64,000 nt of DNA from an uncultured delta proteobacterium (GCA_963761335.1 CAVXGR010000018.1:96001-160000), one strand, 5' to 3'; counted from the stretch's first letter, positions 39,012-49,616 are shown. Notes: generated from the sequence alone by a model not told the origin. A program made the numbers and translations.

Positions 39012-40927
39012 TCTGGCGGAATCGCCTGGCTCTGGCGGCGCTGATTGCGCTCATCCCTGTGCCGCCGAGCGCCGCCGCGGATGCCGTGCCGCCGCGGGTG
39101 GCGAGCTATACCATCGAGGCGCGCCTCGATGCGACGAAGAAGGCGATCACCGCTCGGGAGCGCCTCCACTGGCAGAACACCAGCTCGGAGTCGGCGCCCT
39201 ATCTCTACTTTCATCTCTACCTCAACGCCTTCGCCAACAACCGCACCACGCTGATGCGCGAGTACCAGTCGGCGCGCGGCCGGGGGGCGCTGGACCACTG
39301 GCGGGACGGCTGGGGATCGATGGAGATCCGCTCGATCCGGGTCGACGGCCAGGAGCTGGTGCAGGCGCTGCGCCCGGCACACCCGGACGACTCGAATCTC
39401 GACGATCGCACCGTGATGCGCCTGCGGCTTGCGAAGCCCATCCCGCCCGGTCGCTCCGTCGACGTCGACATCGCCTTCACGGCGCAGCTTCCCAAGCTGC
39501 TGCTGCGCAGCGGCTATCTCGGCGACTTCTTCATGGTCGCCCAGTGGTTTCCGAAGGTCGGGGTCTATCGAGACGGCGAGTGGAGCTGCCATCAGTATCA
39601 CCTGGCCAGTGAGTTCTTCTCGGACTTCGGCGTCTATGACGTCAGCCTCACCGTTCCGGCGGATCTCGTGGTGGGCGCCACTGGCGAGCGCGTCGAGGAG
39701 TGGAGCAACGGCGACGGGACGCGCACCATGCGCTACCGGGCCGAGAACGTGCACGATTTCGCCTGGGCGGCAGATCCGCGTTTTCAGACGGTCGCCGATC
39801 GCTTCGGCGACGTCGATGTCCGCCTGCTCTGCCGGCCGGCCGACTGCGGCGCCGCTGATCGCCATCTCGGCGCCACCCGGCAGGCGATGCGCTGGTTCGA
39901 GAAGCACATCGGCCCGTACCCGTACCGCACTCTCACCCTCGTCGACCCCGGCCTCTTCGGCGATGCCGCCGCCGGCATGGAGTACCCGACGCTGTTCACC
40001 GTCGGCCCCTCCCGCTGGATCCCGCGCGGCATTCGCATTCCGGAATGGGTGGCGGTTCACGAGTTCGGGCATCAGTACTGGCAGGGCATCGTCGCCAACG
40101 ACGAGGCCGAGGAGGCCTGGCTGGACGAGGGCGTGAACTCGTACACCGAGGACAAGGTCCTCAAGGCTGCCTATGGCCCGGCCAGCGTCATCGATCTGCT
40201 CGGGCTGCAAGCCGACTCGCTGACCATGCACCGCGCCAGCTTCATGATGAGCGGCAGCCTCGATCCCATCATGCAGCCGGCCTGGCAGTTCCTCGATCTG
40301 CACAGCTACCATAGCATCACCTACTCGAAGACGGCGCTGGTGCTGCACACGCTGGAGTCGGACATCGGCGAGGAGCGCCTCCTGCAGGCGCTGCGCGCCT
40401 ACTACGAGCGCTGGCGCTACCGCCACCCGCGCGGCGAGGACTTCATTCGCTCGCTCTCCGATTCCTCGGGCGAGGACCTGCAAGGGTTCTTCGATCAGAC
40501 GCTGCGCAGCAGTGGCGTCGCCGACTACGCGGTGACCCACGTCGACGTGTCGCCGGTGCAGGCCTTCGCCGGCGCCGACGTCGGCAGCGCCAGCGAGCCG
40601 GTGGCGAGCGCGCCGAGCTACCACAGCACGGTGCTCATCGAGCGCCTCGGCACCGTGCAGCTGCCGGTCGACATCGACGTGCTGTTCGCCGACGGTCCGG
40701 AGACCCACGAGCGCTGGGACGGGAAGTCTCGCTGGCGACGCTTCGACTACACCGGCAGCCAGCGCGTCATCGCCGCCGTAGTCGATCCCGCGGGGAAGAT
40801 TCCCCTGGACATCAACCCGATCAACAACTCGCGCATGCAGGACCCGGCCAGCCGCGGCCTGGTGCGTCTCGGCGTGCGCTGGGGCGTGTGGTTCCAGATG
40901 CTCCTGCAGCTTCTGACGGTGCCCTGA
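39002..40927 (+). CDS. M1 family (gluzincin) aminopeptidase, secreted; start uncertain
   Basis: AQWFPK, AENVHDFAW, AGMEYP, HEFGHQYW...AWLDEG, YSK; signal-like LRLIWRNRLALAALIALIPVPPSAAA lies upstream of the GTG at 39059. Confidence 0.9.
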   Translation: MRLIWRNRLALAALIALIPVPPSAAADAVPPRVASYTIEARLDATKKAITARERLHWQNTSSESAPYLYFHLYLNAFANNRTTLMREYQSARGRGALDHWRDGWGSMEIRSIRVDGQELVQALRPAHPDDSNLDDRTVMRLRLAKPIPPGRSVDVDIAFTAQLPKLLLRSGYLGDFFMVAQWFPKVGVYRDGEWSCHQYHLASEFFSDFGVYDVSLTVPADLVVGATGERVEEWSNGDGTRTMRYRAENVHDFAWAADPRFQTVADRFGDVDVRLLCRPADCGAADRHLGATRQAMRWFEKHIGPYPYRTLTLVDPGLFGDAAAGMEYPTLFTVGPSRWIPRGIRIPEWVAVHEFGHQYWQGIVANDEAEEAWLDEGVNSYTEDKVLKAAYGPASVIDLLGLQADSLTMHRASFMMSGSLDPIMQPAWQFLDLHSYHSITYSKTALVLHTLESDIGEERLLQALRAYYERWRYRHPRGEDFIRSLSDSSGEDLQGFFDQTLRSSGVADYAVTHVDVSPVQAFAGADVGSASEPVASAPSYHSTVLIERLGTVQLPVDIDVLFADGPETHERWDGKSRWRRFDYTGSQRVIAAVVDPAGKIPLDINPINNSRMQDPASRGLVRLGVRWGVWFQMLLQLLTVP

Positions 40928-40928
40928 G

Positions 40929-41831
40929 ATGGGCAGCGCTCTGCGCGCCGGCCTGCAGCTGGCCTTCCACCGTTTGCCGTTGGCGCTGGTTCTATGGCTC
41001 GTGAACCTCGCCTTCGGAACTCTCTTTGCCGCTCTTGCGGCGATGGCCCTGTCCCTGTCGCTGGACGGCTCCTGGTTCACCCGCTCGCTGCTGTACCAGC
41101 TGGACTTCAATGCCCTGGCTGCGGCGATTGCGCACTCGGGGGCGGTATTCCAGCTTCTCGCCGGGGCCGGGCTGGCGCTGGCGGCGATCTACGTCATCGG
41201 CTGGCTGCCGTTGCACGCCGTCATCGTTGCTGCCGTGTGCACGCGCGAGAAGGTGACGGTGCACGGCGCCGTGCAGGCGGGTACCCGTCACCTGCCGGTG
41301 TTCATCCGCCTGTTCGTGCTCTCGGGGGCGATTACCGGCGGTCTGCTGTTCGCCATCGTGGTCGCGAGCCGCGCGGTTCTGCAGCTGGCGCGGGATGCCG
41401 CCGCCGAGAGGGCGTGGGAAGCGGGTCTGGCGGGGGGGATCATCGCCCTGGCGATGGTGCTGGTCTTCTGTATCGCCGTGCACGATCACGCCCGCATTCG
41501 GGCGGTGGCTCACGGCAGCGGAGCCTGGAGCAGCTATGCATGGGCGCTGCGTTTCGTGGTCGACGGCGGCCGCCGCGCCTTTCTCCTGGCGCTGGGGCTG
41601 CAGGTGCTCGGTATCGGCCTGTGGGGGGTCTATCAGGCGGCGACCTGGGCGATTCCGACGAACTGGATGACCGGGGTGATCGTCGCCCTCGTCTGGGCAC
41701 AGCTGTGCATCGCCGCCCGCATGCTGTTGCGGGTCTGGTCCTTCGCCGCCCAGGCGGATCTGCAGCTCGACCTGCGCGCCGAGGAAGCCTCCCTGGTGGC
41801 GCGCGCCCGCGCCTTCCGCGCCACCGCCTGA
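40929..41831 (+). CDS. Hypothetical integral membrane protein
   Basis: About 6 hydrophobic segments; starts 1 nt after the peptidase stop. Confidence 0.75.
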   Translation: MGSALRAGLQLAFHRLPLALVLWLVNLAFGTLFAALAAMALSLSLDGSWFTRSLLYQLDFNALAAAIAHSGAVFQLLAGAGLALAAIYVIGWLPLHAVIVAAVCTREKVTVHGAVQAGTRHLPVFIRLFVLSGAITGGLLFAIVVASRAVLQLARDAAAERAWEAGLAGGIIALAMVLVFCIAVHDHARIRAVAHGSGAWSSYAWALRFVVDGGRRAFLLALGLQVLGIGLWGVYQAATWAIPTNWMTGVIVALVWAQLCIAARMLLRVWSFAAQADLQLDLRAEEASLVARARAFRATA

Positions 41832-41846
41832 ACTTCCGCCGGCGGC

Positions 41847-43277
41847 CTACGGGCCGAGGAATCCCATGTCGAAGCTCGGCACCGTCCAGTAGAGGCTCGG
41901 GTCGCCGGAGTCGAGGGGTAGGATGCTCGACAGGATGGTCGCCTGCGGGATGTTCAGCCAGTGCTTGAGAATGGTTCCGTAGACGTCCCGGAAGTCGGTC
42001 GAGCGATACATGCCGGCCGCCTGCGAGTACACCGTGTTGCCGTAGTCGTCGATGGAGCCGGAGTTGATATCCGGATGGTTGCCGTACACCCCGCCGTTGA
42101 TGCCGCCGATCACGAACACCGGTCCCTGGGACCCGTGATCCGTGCCGTTGTCGTTCTGCTCGATACGCCGCGAGAACTCGCTCCACACCACGATGCACAG
42201 CTTGTCGGCGACGCCCATGTCGAGGCAGTCGTTGTAGAACACCTCGATGGCGTCGCCCACCTCGCGATGGAGCTGGTAGTGCTGGCCATCGGTGTTGGCG
42301 GCCCCCTGATCCGAGTGGGTGTCGTAGCCGCCGTTGCGGACCTCGAAGAAGCGAGCGTTGACGTTCGGCACGCCGCTCTTCACGCCATAGATCACCTTGG
42401 CGACCTCGCGCAGGTCCGAGGAGAAGTACTTGCTGTCGGCGGCGATGTTGTCGTAGGCGTCGTTGAACGCCGAGCGGTCGCCGACGTAGTTGTCGTGGAG
42501 GTTGGCGTAGCTCTCGGTCGCCGTCTGCACCGTCGAGCCGACGATGCCGGCCTGGCGCAGATAGGCGGCGGCGGAGGTGGCGGCGTTGCCGTACAGGGCG
42601 CCGAAGGCGTCGTGCTTGGCGCCGTCGTCCTCGGGGTACCAGTTGTCGTACGGGAAGCCGAAGTACTGGAGCTCGTCGACGGCGAGGACGCTGGTCGCCG
42701 ACTGCAGCAGCTCGCCGGCGACCTCGCCGCGAATGTTCACCGCCGGGATGTCGGTGCTGCCGTACTCCATGGCGAGGTGACGGCCGACCCAGCCGCCGGT
42801 GTACCCGCCGGCACCCAGCGGATTGCCGCTCTCCCAGGCCTTTCGCGAGATCTCGTGGGAGAGGTTGTAGTCCGGATAGCCGCACCCCTGGATCACGGCG
42901 ACCTTGCCGAGGTCATAGAGGTTCTTGAGGCCGACGAGCCCGGGGTGCACCGCGAGTGGCGTCGCCGTCAGGGGATCATTGCCGATCGCTACCGGGCCGA
43001 GAGCGCCGGCGGAGAGGCGCAGGCCGCCGCTGCCGCTGGCGCTGCGGGCCGCCTGATAGGCGGTTCGCAGGCTTCCCGAGCTGCCGTCGGCGATCGGGGT
43101 GACGGTGTTGAGCCCGTCATTGCCGCCGTCGAGGAAGACGACGAGCAGGTAACGATCGCCGATGGTATCGGCGAAGGCTCTCCTCACGAACGGATTGCGG
43201 AACAGGCTGGGCCCGACAAGGGTGCCGGCGGCGGCGAGGCCGCTGCGCTTGATGAACTGTCGTCGCGTGATCGCCAT
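41847..43277 (-). CDS. DUF1501 family protein with Tat signal
   Basis: MAITRRQFIK; LDGGNDGLN, NLSH, GGYDTHSDQ, SEFSRR, GTDHG, TDFRDVY. Confidence 0.88.
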   Translation of the reverse strand: MAITRRQFIKRSGLAAAGTLVGPSLFRNPFVRRAFADTIGDRYLLVVFLDGGNDGLNTVTPIADGSSGSLRTAYQAARSASGSGGLRLSAGALGPVAIGNDPLTATPLAVHPGLVGLKNLYDLGKVAVIQGCGYPDYNLSHEISRKAWESGNPLGAGGYTGGWVGRHLAMEYGSTDIPAVNIRGEVAGELLQSATSVLAVDELQYFGFPYDNWYPEDDGAKHDAFGALYGNAATSAAAYLRQAGIVGSTVQTATESYANLHDNYVGDRSAFNDAYDNIAADSKYFSSDLREVAKVIYGVKSGVPNVNARFFEVRNGGYDTHSDQGAANTDGQHYQLHREVGDAIEVFYNDCLDMGVADKLCIVVWSEFSRRIEQNDNGTDHGSQGPVFVIGGINGGVYGNHPDINSGSIDDYGNTVYSQAAGMYRSTDFRDVYGTILKHWLNIPQATILSSILPLDSGDPSLYWTVPSFDMGFLGP

Positions 43278-43296
43278 CGGGGGCTCTCTCTCGCTC

Positions 43297-44757
43297 TCAG
43301 TGCAGCTGGTATGCCGGGGACTGCAGCACCAGGCCGAAGAGTCCGTGAAGCTTGCGGTTGCGTGTGTCGTAGTCGTGAAGATCGAGAAGTGCGCCGGGAT
43401 TGCCGTCGGAGAGATAGTCGATCAGTGCGTCGCGCTCCGATGCATCCAGCTCGTCGGTCATGCTCAGGGCTTCGAGCACGGCATCGACAATCGGCGCGGC
43501 ATGCGTGAGCGACAGGTCGATCAGGTGATCGGGGCGAAACTGGGTGCGGCCGCCGCCGTAGCGGGCATGGACCACGTCGCGGGCGAAGCTGCAGCGGGCC
43601 AGCATCGTCGAGCTGCTGAGCCATGCCAGCTCCCAATCCCAACCGAAGACGCTGGGAGGATCGAGCAGTGTCTGGCCCATGTTGTCCAGGTGATCGGCGG
43701 CGGTGTCGCCTCCGGGAATGTACTGGTACTTGCTCTTCAGCCGCATGCCGAGCAGGCGCAAGGTACCCACCACGTAGTCGACCGGCCACTTCATCGACTT
43801 CACCGTGCCGGCGCCGAAGGGAGCCGGCACCGCGGTCTCGTAGAAGACGTCGTGGACGAAGATGGCGCGCAAGAGATCGCTCAGCTCCCAGCTGACGTCG
43901 AATCCGGAGGTGGTGATGACCTCGTCGACAACGGCGTCGGCAACCCCGTCATAAGCGAAGTAGTAGAGCAGCTTGCGGGCGATGAAGCGCGCCGCGGTGA
44001 CGTGGTTGTCGGTGTCGCGGTGCTCGAGGATGACGTCGATGATGCGGTCGATCTCCTCCGGCCCTTCGCCCTGCGGCTGGGTGTAGTCGACGCCGCCGGG
44101 AGCGAAGTTGCCGTGGTCGGTGTAGATGATCTTCGGGCCGCCGTCGTCGACGGTGTTGTGGTCGTAGGGGTCGAACTCCGGCTTGCCGTTCTTCCAGTAA
44201 TAGCTCCAGCCGCTGAAGGCGCGTGCGATCTGCACGACGTCTTCCTGCGAGTAGTTGGCATTGCCGGCGAAGTCGCGCACGCCGAGGGTGAACAGCTCCT
44301 GCAGCTCACGCCCGTAGTTTTCGTTTGGCTGACTGCGGTGGTTCCGCACCGTATCGAGATACTCCATCATGGCGGCGTCCTTGTTGATGGCCTTGACGAA
44401 GTCCCGGAAGTTGCCCTTGCAGAAGCGGCGCAGCAGCTGGTTCTGCCGGGCCATGAGGATGTGGTCGTTGACCTTTGAGTCGCCGGTGGCGAAGTGATCG
44501 TGCCAGAAGAGGACGAGCTTCTCCTGGATCGGGTGCCGGGCCTTCACCATGTAGCGAATCCAGCTGTTGCGCACGATATCCAGGTATGGGCCCCGCGGCT
44601 TGAAGCGGGCGGGCTTGAAATTGAGAATGCCGTCCACCGCGTCGCCGCGGCTCTCGCCGACCAGCTTGGTGACGTCCGCCGGGCGGGCCTCGAAGCCGGT
44701 CCGGCGCAGCAGCTGCCTCGCCTCGGCGGCGATCAGGATGGTGTTCGCATCACCCAT
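43297..44757 (-). CDS. DUF1800 family protein
   Basis: EKLVLFWHDHFAT, AMMEYLD, PNENYGRELQELFTLG, DVVQIARAFSGW, PPSVFGW, SPAYQ. Confidence 0.9.
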   Translation of the reverse strand: MGDANTILIAAEARQLLRRTGFEARPADVTKLVGESRGDAVDGILNFKPARFKPRGPYLDIVRNSWIRYMVKARHPIQEKLVLFWHDHFATGDSKVNDHILMARQNQLLRRFCKGNFRDFVKAINKDAAMMEYLDTVRNHRSQPNENYGRELQELFTLGVRDFAGNANYSQEDVVQIARAFSGWSYYWKNGKPEFDPYDHNTVDDGGPKIIYTDHGNFAPGGVDYTQPQGEGPEEIDRIIDVILEHRDTDNHVTAARFIARKLLYYFAYDGVADAVVDEVITTSGFDVSWELSDLLRAIFVHDVFYETAVPAPFGAGTVKSMKWPVDYVVGTLRLLGMRLKSKYQYIPGGDTAADHLDNMGQTLLDPPSVFGWDWELAWLSSSTMLARCSFARDVVHARYGGGRTQFRPDHLIDLSLTHAAPIVDAVLEALSMTDELDASERDALIDYLSDGNPGALLDLHDYDTRNRKLHGLFGLVLQSPAYQLH

Positions 44758-44804
44758 GGTCTCACCCTCAAATGCAGCATTCTATGTTCGGGAAGACATA
44801 CCCG

Positions 44805-46490
44805 TCAACGAGAACTTGTCGCGAGCTTGTCGAAGCAGAAGCGCGACTCGTCGACCGCGTAGCTGTCGCCGATGGCCGTGGCGGCGGCGATCAGTTCCTC
44901 GAGGGACTCCGGGCGGAGAGGGCCGTTGTCGAGAAAATCGGCGTCGAACCAGGTGCTGTGCAGAAAGAATTTCCGCCGATTCTGCATCGCCGAGAACTGC
45001 AGGTACTGGTACTCGTAGAGGTAGCGCACGAGCATGCGCCAGAGCTGCGCCGGCGGATACTCCCCGCGCAAGGTGCGGATGTTCTGGCGCACGTAGGTCT
45101 CGCGCTCCGTCTCGTCCATGAAGCGCGCGGCCAGGAGGTTTGCCTGCAGGTCGGGGATGCGCTGCAGGAAGATCGCCGCCAGTGCGCCGCCGGCGCTGCG
45201 CTGCGGCGAGGCGGCCGCCAGGGCGCTCAGGTCAGGGGCCGTCTGCGCCCGTGCGGCCCGCGGCGCGGCGGCGATGGCCGCGTCGAGGGCGCCGGCCAGA
45301 GCCGTGGTACGCCGCTCGAGCTCGGCGCCGGCGACGGTTGCGGGGATCCAGCCGGCGTCGGCGGCCAGGTGGGCCCACTCGTGCAGGGCGCGGGCGCCCA
45401 GCATGGCGCGGGCGTACGGAATCTGCGGGCCGCGCAGCCGCTCCAGGCCGGGCTCGCTCAGATTGTAGGCGAGCAGGCGCCGTTCGCGGTGCATGTAGCA
45501 GTATCCGCGTTGCTCGGTCTCGGCGGCGGCAGCCGGTAGGCCCCGGGGGTCGCGCAGCCCCCCGAGGAAGCGGCGCGTGTGGGCGTCGACGACGTGGAGG
45601 TCGGCGGCGATGTCGCGCACGGCGGCGCCGCCGGCGCCCTTCAGTCGCTGCCGGAGTGAGCCGGTGCGCGTCGCTGTCCCCGGCTCCCAGACAAGGTTGC
45701 CCTTGCCCTCGGCGAGTAGCAGAGAGGGCGCCTCGGCGGCGAGCCATTCACAGAGCGCGCTGCAGGCACCCGGATCGGGAGAACGCCATTGCCGGTGGAA
45801 GGCGTCGACGGCGGCCGCTGCGGCGCTCGCCCACGCCTCGACCAGCCGCGGCGGCTCGGACTCGAGAGGCTTCGGCACCAGGAGGCCCGTCCCCGGGATC
45901 GACCGCACCGCGGTGCCGGGGCGCGCCGGCCGCAGGACTTCGTGGTGCAGCTTTGTGATCCACGGCAGGGCGGCTGCCAGGTCTCGGAAGGCGGCGGCGT
46001 CCGGTCGCGGCGACTGTGCGGCGGCGCGGGCGAAGTCGGCGCGCTCGTCCGGGTCACGCTCGATCCAATAGGCGGCGCTGCGCACTGCCGCCATGCTCAC
46101 CTCGCCGCGGCGCGCCATCTCGTCGGCCTGGACCAGCAGATAAGCGACGAGCTCGGCGTTGGAGAGGCGCGGGTCGAGATCGCTCTCGTAGATCATCCAG
46201 GCGGAGGTGTTGAGGATCTGCACGTAGGGCCGCACGGCGAGCGCCTCGGCGACCACGGCGACGTGGCGAAGGCGCGGCGGAGCCCAGGTGCGGGTGCGAC
46301 GCGCGAGCGCCGAGACGCGCTCCCAGTACAGAGAAATGGCGCGATTGAAGAGCTCGAGGCGCTCTCTGCTCCAGCTCCGGCGCGCCTGCAGCAGGTGCGC
46401 CATCTCCGAGCTCATTCCGGCTGGTGTCAGATGCTCGGCCGGAATCAGCTCGAGCCGGGGATCGAGGAGGTAGTAATCCGCCAGGGTCAC
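44805..46490 (-). CDS. Hypothetical protein with HExxH motif
   Basis: 561-aa ORF co-oriented within the DUF1800/DUF1501 cluster; ARALHEWAHLA. Confidence 0.7.
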   Translation of the reverse strand: MTLADYYLLDPRLELIPAEHLTPAGMSSEMAHLLQARRSWSRERLELFNRAISLYWERVSALARRTRTWAPPRLRHVAVVAEALAVRPYVQILNTSAWMIYESDLDPRLSNAELVAYLLVQADEMARRGEVSMAAVRSAAYWIERDPDERADFARAAAQSPRPDAAAFRDLAAALPWITKLHHEVLRPARPGTAVRSIPGTGLLVPKPLESEPPRLVEAWASAAAAAVDAFHRQWRSPDPGACSALCEWLAAEAPSLLLAEGKGNLVWEPGTATRTGSLRQRLKGAGGAAVRDIAADLHVVDAHTRRFLGGLRDPRGLPAAAAETEQRGYCYMHRERRLLAYNLSEPGLERLRGPQIPYARAMLGARALHEWAHLAADAGWIPATVAGAELERRTTALAGALDAAIAAAPRAARAQTAPDLSALAAASPQRSAGGALAAIFLQRIPDLQANLLAARFMDETERETYVRQNIRTLRGEYPPAQLWRMLVRYLYEYQYLQFSAMQNRRKFFLHSTWFDADFLDNGPLRPESLEELIAAATAIGDSYAVDESRFCFDKLATSSR

Positions 46491-46521
46491 CGCGGCAGCG
46501 GCTTCTGCTCCGCCCCCCAGG

Positions 46522-47925
46522 TCACACGAAACCCATGTCGAAGCTGGGAGCCGTCCACAGCGTGTTGGGATCGCCGCTGTCGACGGGAAGGATGGTGGAC
46601 GGGTCGGTGACGTCGAGCCAGTGCCTCAGGATGGTGCCGAACACGTCGCGGAAGTCCGTGGAGCGATAGGGATCGCCGGCGGCCTGCGAGTAGATGGTAT
46701 TGCCTTGGCTGTTGAGGCTGTTGATGTCGGGGTGGTTGCCGTAGACGCCGCCGTTGACGCCGCCACCGATCACGAACATCGGCCCCTGCGTGCCGTGGTC
46801 CGTGCCGGAGCTGTTCTGCTTGATGCGGCGGCTGAACTCGCTCCACCAGACGATCAGAACCTTGTCGGCGATGCCCATGTCCTCCAGATCGCTGTAGAAG
46901 AGCTCGACGGCATTGCCGACCTCCTGGTGGAGGTTGAACTGGGCGCCGGTCTCGGCGCCCTGGTTCGAGTGCGTGTCGTAGCCGCCGTTGCGCACCTCGA
47001 AGAAGCGGGCGCAGACGGTGGGGTCGAAATTGTTCTCGACGGCGTAGATGATCTTGGCGACCTCGCGCAGGTCGTTGGCGGTACTGCTGTTCAGGCTGGT
47101 GTAGGCCTGGTTGAACGTCGACCGGTCGCTCTTGTACACCGCGTCGATGGGCGGGTAGCTCTGGCTGGCGGTGAGCGTCGCCGAGCCGGCGTTGCCGACG
47201 AAGCGCATGGTGTCCTCCGCCGACCCGGCGGCGTCGGCGTACAGGGCCGCGTAGGCCGCAGCCTTGGCGGCCTTGTCGCTGCTGCTGATGCCGTCGTAGG
47301 GGAAGGTGAAGCTCGACAGCCTGCTGAAGGCCAGCACGTTGGTGGCCGTCTGCGCGAACTCGGGGGCGATCGCGCTGCGGACGTTCACGGCGGGAATATC
47401 GGACTCCCCGTACAGGGAGGCGATGAGAAATCGGCCCACCCATCCGGCATTTCCGGAGAGGACGCCGAGGGGATCGGCGCTCTGCCAGAACCCCTTCGAG
47501 GTGGCGTGGGAGAGGTTCTGATTCGGGTAGCCGCACCCCTGCACCACGGCGAGGTGGCCGGCGTCGTAGAGCGACTTGAAGCCGCTGAATCCCGGGTGCA
47601 GCGCCAGCGGCGTGTTGCTGATCGGGTCGTTGCCGATGGCCGTCGGCATCAGCACGGTGGGCGACAGCTGCAGCCCGCCGGAGCCGGTGAGCCGCATTGT
47701 CTCATAGGTGCTGCGCAGAGTCCCTGCGTCGCCGTCATCGAGCGGTACGACCGTGTTCTGGCCGTCGTTGCCGCCGTCGGCCTGCAGCACCACCAGGTAG
47801 TGATCGCCCATGGCGGTGGCGAGCGCGTTGCGCAGCAGGGGGTTGCGGAGGAAAGCCGGTCCGAGAACGCTTCCCGCGGTGGCCAGGCCGGTACGCTTCA
47901 GGAACTGCCGTCGGGTGATCGCCAT
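46522..47925 (-). CDS. DUF1501 family protein with Tat signal (paralog)
   Basis: MAITRRQFLK; DGGNDGQN, GGYDTHSNQ, SEFSRR, GTDHG; AAGGAG RBS. Confidence 0.88.
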   Translation of the reverse strand: MAITRRQFLKRTGLATAGSVLGPAFLRNPLLRNALATAMGDHYLVVLQADGGNDGQNTVVPLDDGDAGTLRSTYETMRLTGSGGLQLSPTVLMPTAIGNDPISNTPLALHPGFSGFKSLYDAGHLAVVQGCGYPNQNLSHATSKGFWQSADPLGVLSGNAGWVGRFLIASLYGESDIPAVNVRSAIAPEFAQTATNVLAFSRLSSFTFPYDGISSSDKAAKAAAYAALYADAAGSAEDTMRFVGNAGSATLTASQSYPPIDAVYKSDRSTFNQAYTSLNSSTANDLREVAKIIYAVENNFDPTVCARFFEVRNGGYDTHSNQGAETGAQFNLHQEVGNAVELFYSDLEDMGIADKVLIVWWSEFSRRIKQNSSGTDHGTQGPMFVIGGGVNGGVYGNHPDINSLNSQGNTIYSQAAGDPYRSTDFRDVFGTILRHWLDVTDPSTILPVDSGDPNTLWTAPSFDMGFV

Positions 47926-47942
47926 TCGCTTCTCCTTCGCGC

Positions 47943-49541
47943 CTACTGCAGCTGATACGCCGGCGACTGCAGCACCAGGGTGAACAGGCCATTGAGCTTG
48001 ATGTCGCGAAAGCTCTGATCCTGAAGCTTGGGCATGCCGTTGCCGTCGACCAGCAGCGCATTCGGGTCGCCGCCGTCGGTCAGATAGTCGATCAGTGCGT
48101 CGCGGCTCGCCGAGGCGACGGGGAACTGCTCCGGCACCTGGAGAACGGTGGTGACCGCGTCGACGATTGCGCCGGGATTGGTGAGCCCGGTGTCGATCAG
48201 CCGTTCCGGGCGGAAGGCGGTGCGTCCCTTGCCGCGCGCCTCGGCGACGTTGACCGCGAAGTCGTTGCGGGCGAGCAGCGTGCCGCTGTTCACCCATGCC
48301 GTCTCCCAGTCCCATCCGAAAACACTCGGGGGCTCAAAGAGCAGCTGCCCCATGTCCTCGAGGCGGTGATTGATCGAGTTGCCGTTGTTGGTGTCGTTGA
48401 GCAGGTGATAGCGCTTCACGTTCACGGTCTCGTTGGCCGGGTCGCTGTCGATGTTGATGGATCGCTGAAAGGTCGTGTGCGCCAGCCGCATCTTCAGCTG
48501 GCGGAGGGTGCTGATCACGTAGTGCGCCGGCCATTTCACCGAGTGCGGCTGGGCGGCGCTGGAGTAGAAGAAATCGTGGACCAGGATGGCGCGCAGCAAC
48601 GGGTTGATCTGCCAGGCACCGGCCGGGTTGGAAGAGCCGTCGAAGTTGGAGGCCGCGATCACCTCGTCGACGACGGCGAGGGGCGGCGCGGGGTTGGCCA
48701 GGTACGCGAGAAGCTTGTTGGCGATAAAGCGCGCCACGGTGCTCTGTCCCTGGCTGTCGCGGTGCTCGAAGATGATGTCGATGACGGTATCGATCTCGAT
48801 CTCTCCGGTGCCGTTCTCGGTGATATCACGGCCGCCGGGGCCGAAGCCGCCGACGGTCGTGTAGATGGTCTTCGGCGAGCCGGAGTCGTGTCGCCCGCTG
48901 CTCAAGTAGGCGTCGCCGTACTTGTATCCGGGCCCCTTGTCGGTGTGGGTTCGCCATCCGGTGAAGGCGCGCGCCACCTGCACGATGTCGTCCTGGGTGT
49001 AGTTGGGGACGCCGAGGAGATCGTTCACCCCGAGAGTGAACAGCTCCTGTAGCTCGCGGGCGTAGTTCTCGTTCGGAGATCCCTTGCTGTTGCGGATGGT
49101 GTCGAGAAAATCCATCATGGCGCCGTCCTTGTTGATCGCCTTGACGAAGTCCTTGAAGCTGGCGTCGTGGACGTTGCCGATGCAGTGCCGGCGCAGCAGC
49201 TGATTCTGATTGGCCGTCAGCACCAGGTCGGCGACCGTGTCGTTGCTGCAGGAAAAATGGTCGTGCCAGAAGAGGACCATGACCTCCTGTAGCTGCCGGC
49301 CGGTGCGGATCATGTAGTTGACCCAGGAGTCGTGCACCTCGCGGCGCAGATCCGACTGATCGACGTTGTAACGGACGTGGGGACGGAACCGGGAGCCGCG
49401 GCCCCGGATGATCTTGTCGACGGCGGCGCCGCGCGTCTTGCCGGCCAGCGAGCTGACCTTGGACGGCTTGACCTCGAACTCGGTTCGGCGCAGTAGGTGC
49501 CGCGCCTCGGCTTCCGTCAGCACCGTGTTTTCATCACCCAT
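47943..49541 (-). CDS. DUF1800 family protein (paralog)
   Basis: LFWHDHF, PNENYARELQELFTLG, ARAFTGW, PPSVFGW, SPAYQ. Confidence 0.9.
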   Translation of the reverse strand: MGDENTVLTEAEARHLLRRTEFEVKPSKVSSLAGKTRGAAVDKIIRGRGSRFRPHVRYNVDQSDLRREVHDSWVNYMIRTGRQLQEVMVLFWHDHFSCSNDTVADLVLTANQNQLLRRHCIGNVHDASFKDFVKAINKDGAMMDFLDTIRNSKGSPNENYARELQELFTLGVNDLLGVPNYTQDDIVQVARAFTGWRTHTDKGPGYKYGDAYLSSGRHDSGSPKTIYTTVGGFGPGGRDITENGTGEIEIDTVIDIIFEHRDSQGQSTVARFIANKLLAYLANPAPPLAVVDEVIAASNFDGSSNPAGAWQINPLLRAILVHDFFYSSAAQPHSVKWPAHYVISTLRQLKMRLAHTTFQRSINIDSDPANETVNVKRYHLLNDTNNGNSINHRLEDMGQLLFEPPSVFGWDWETAWVNSGTLLARNDFAVNVAEARGKGRTAFRPERLIDTGLTNPGAIVDAVTTVLQVPEQFPVASASRDALIDYLTDGGDPNALLVDGNGMPKLQDQSFRDIKLNGLFTLVLQSPAYQLQ

Positions 49542-49616
49542 GCCTGAGCTCTCCTTGTCATTGCGCTCGCGAGTTGCCGCGGGAGGGGAGCCTCCCGCCG
49601 AGCCCTCCCGCAATAA

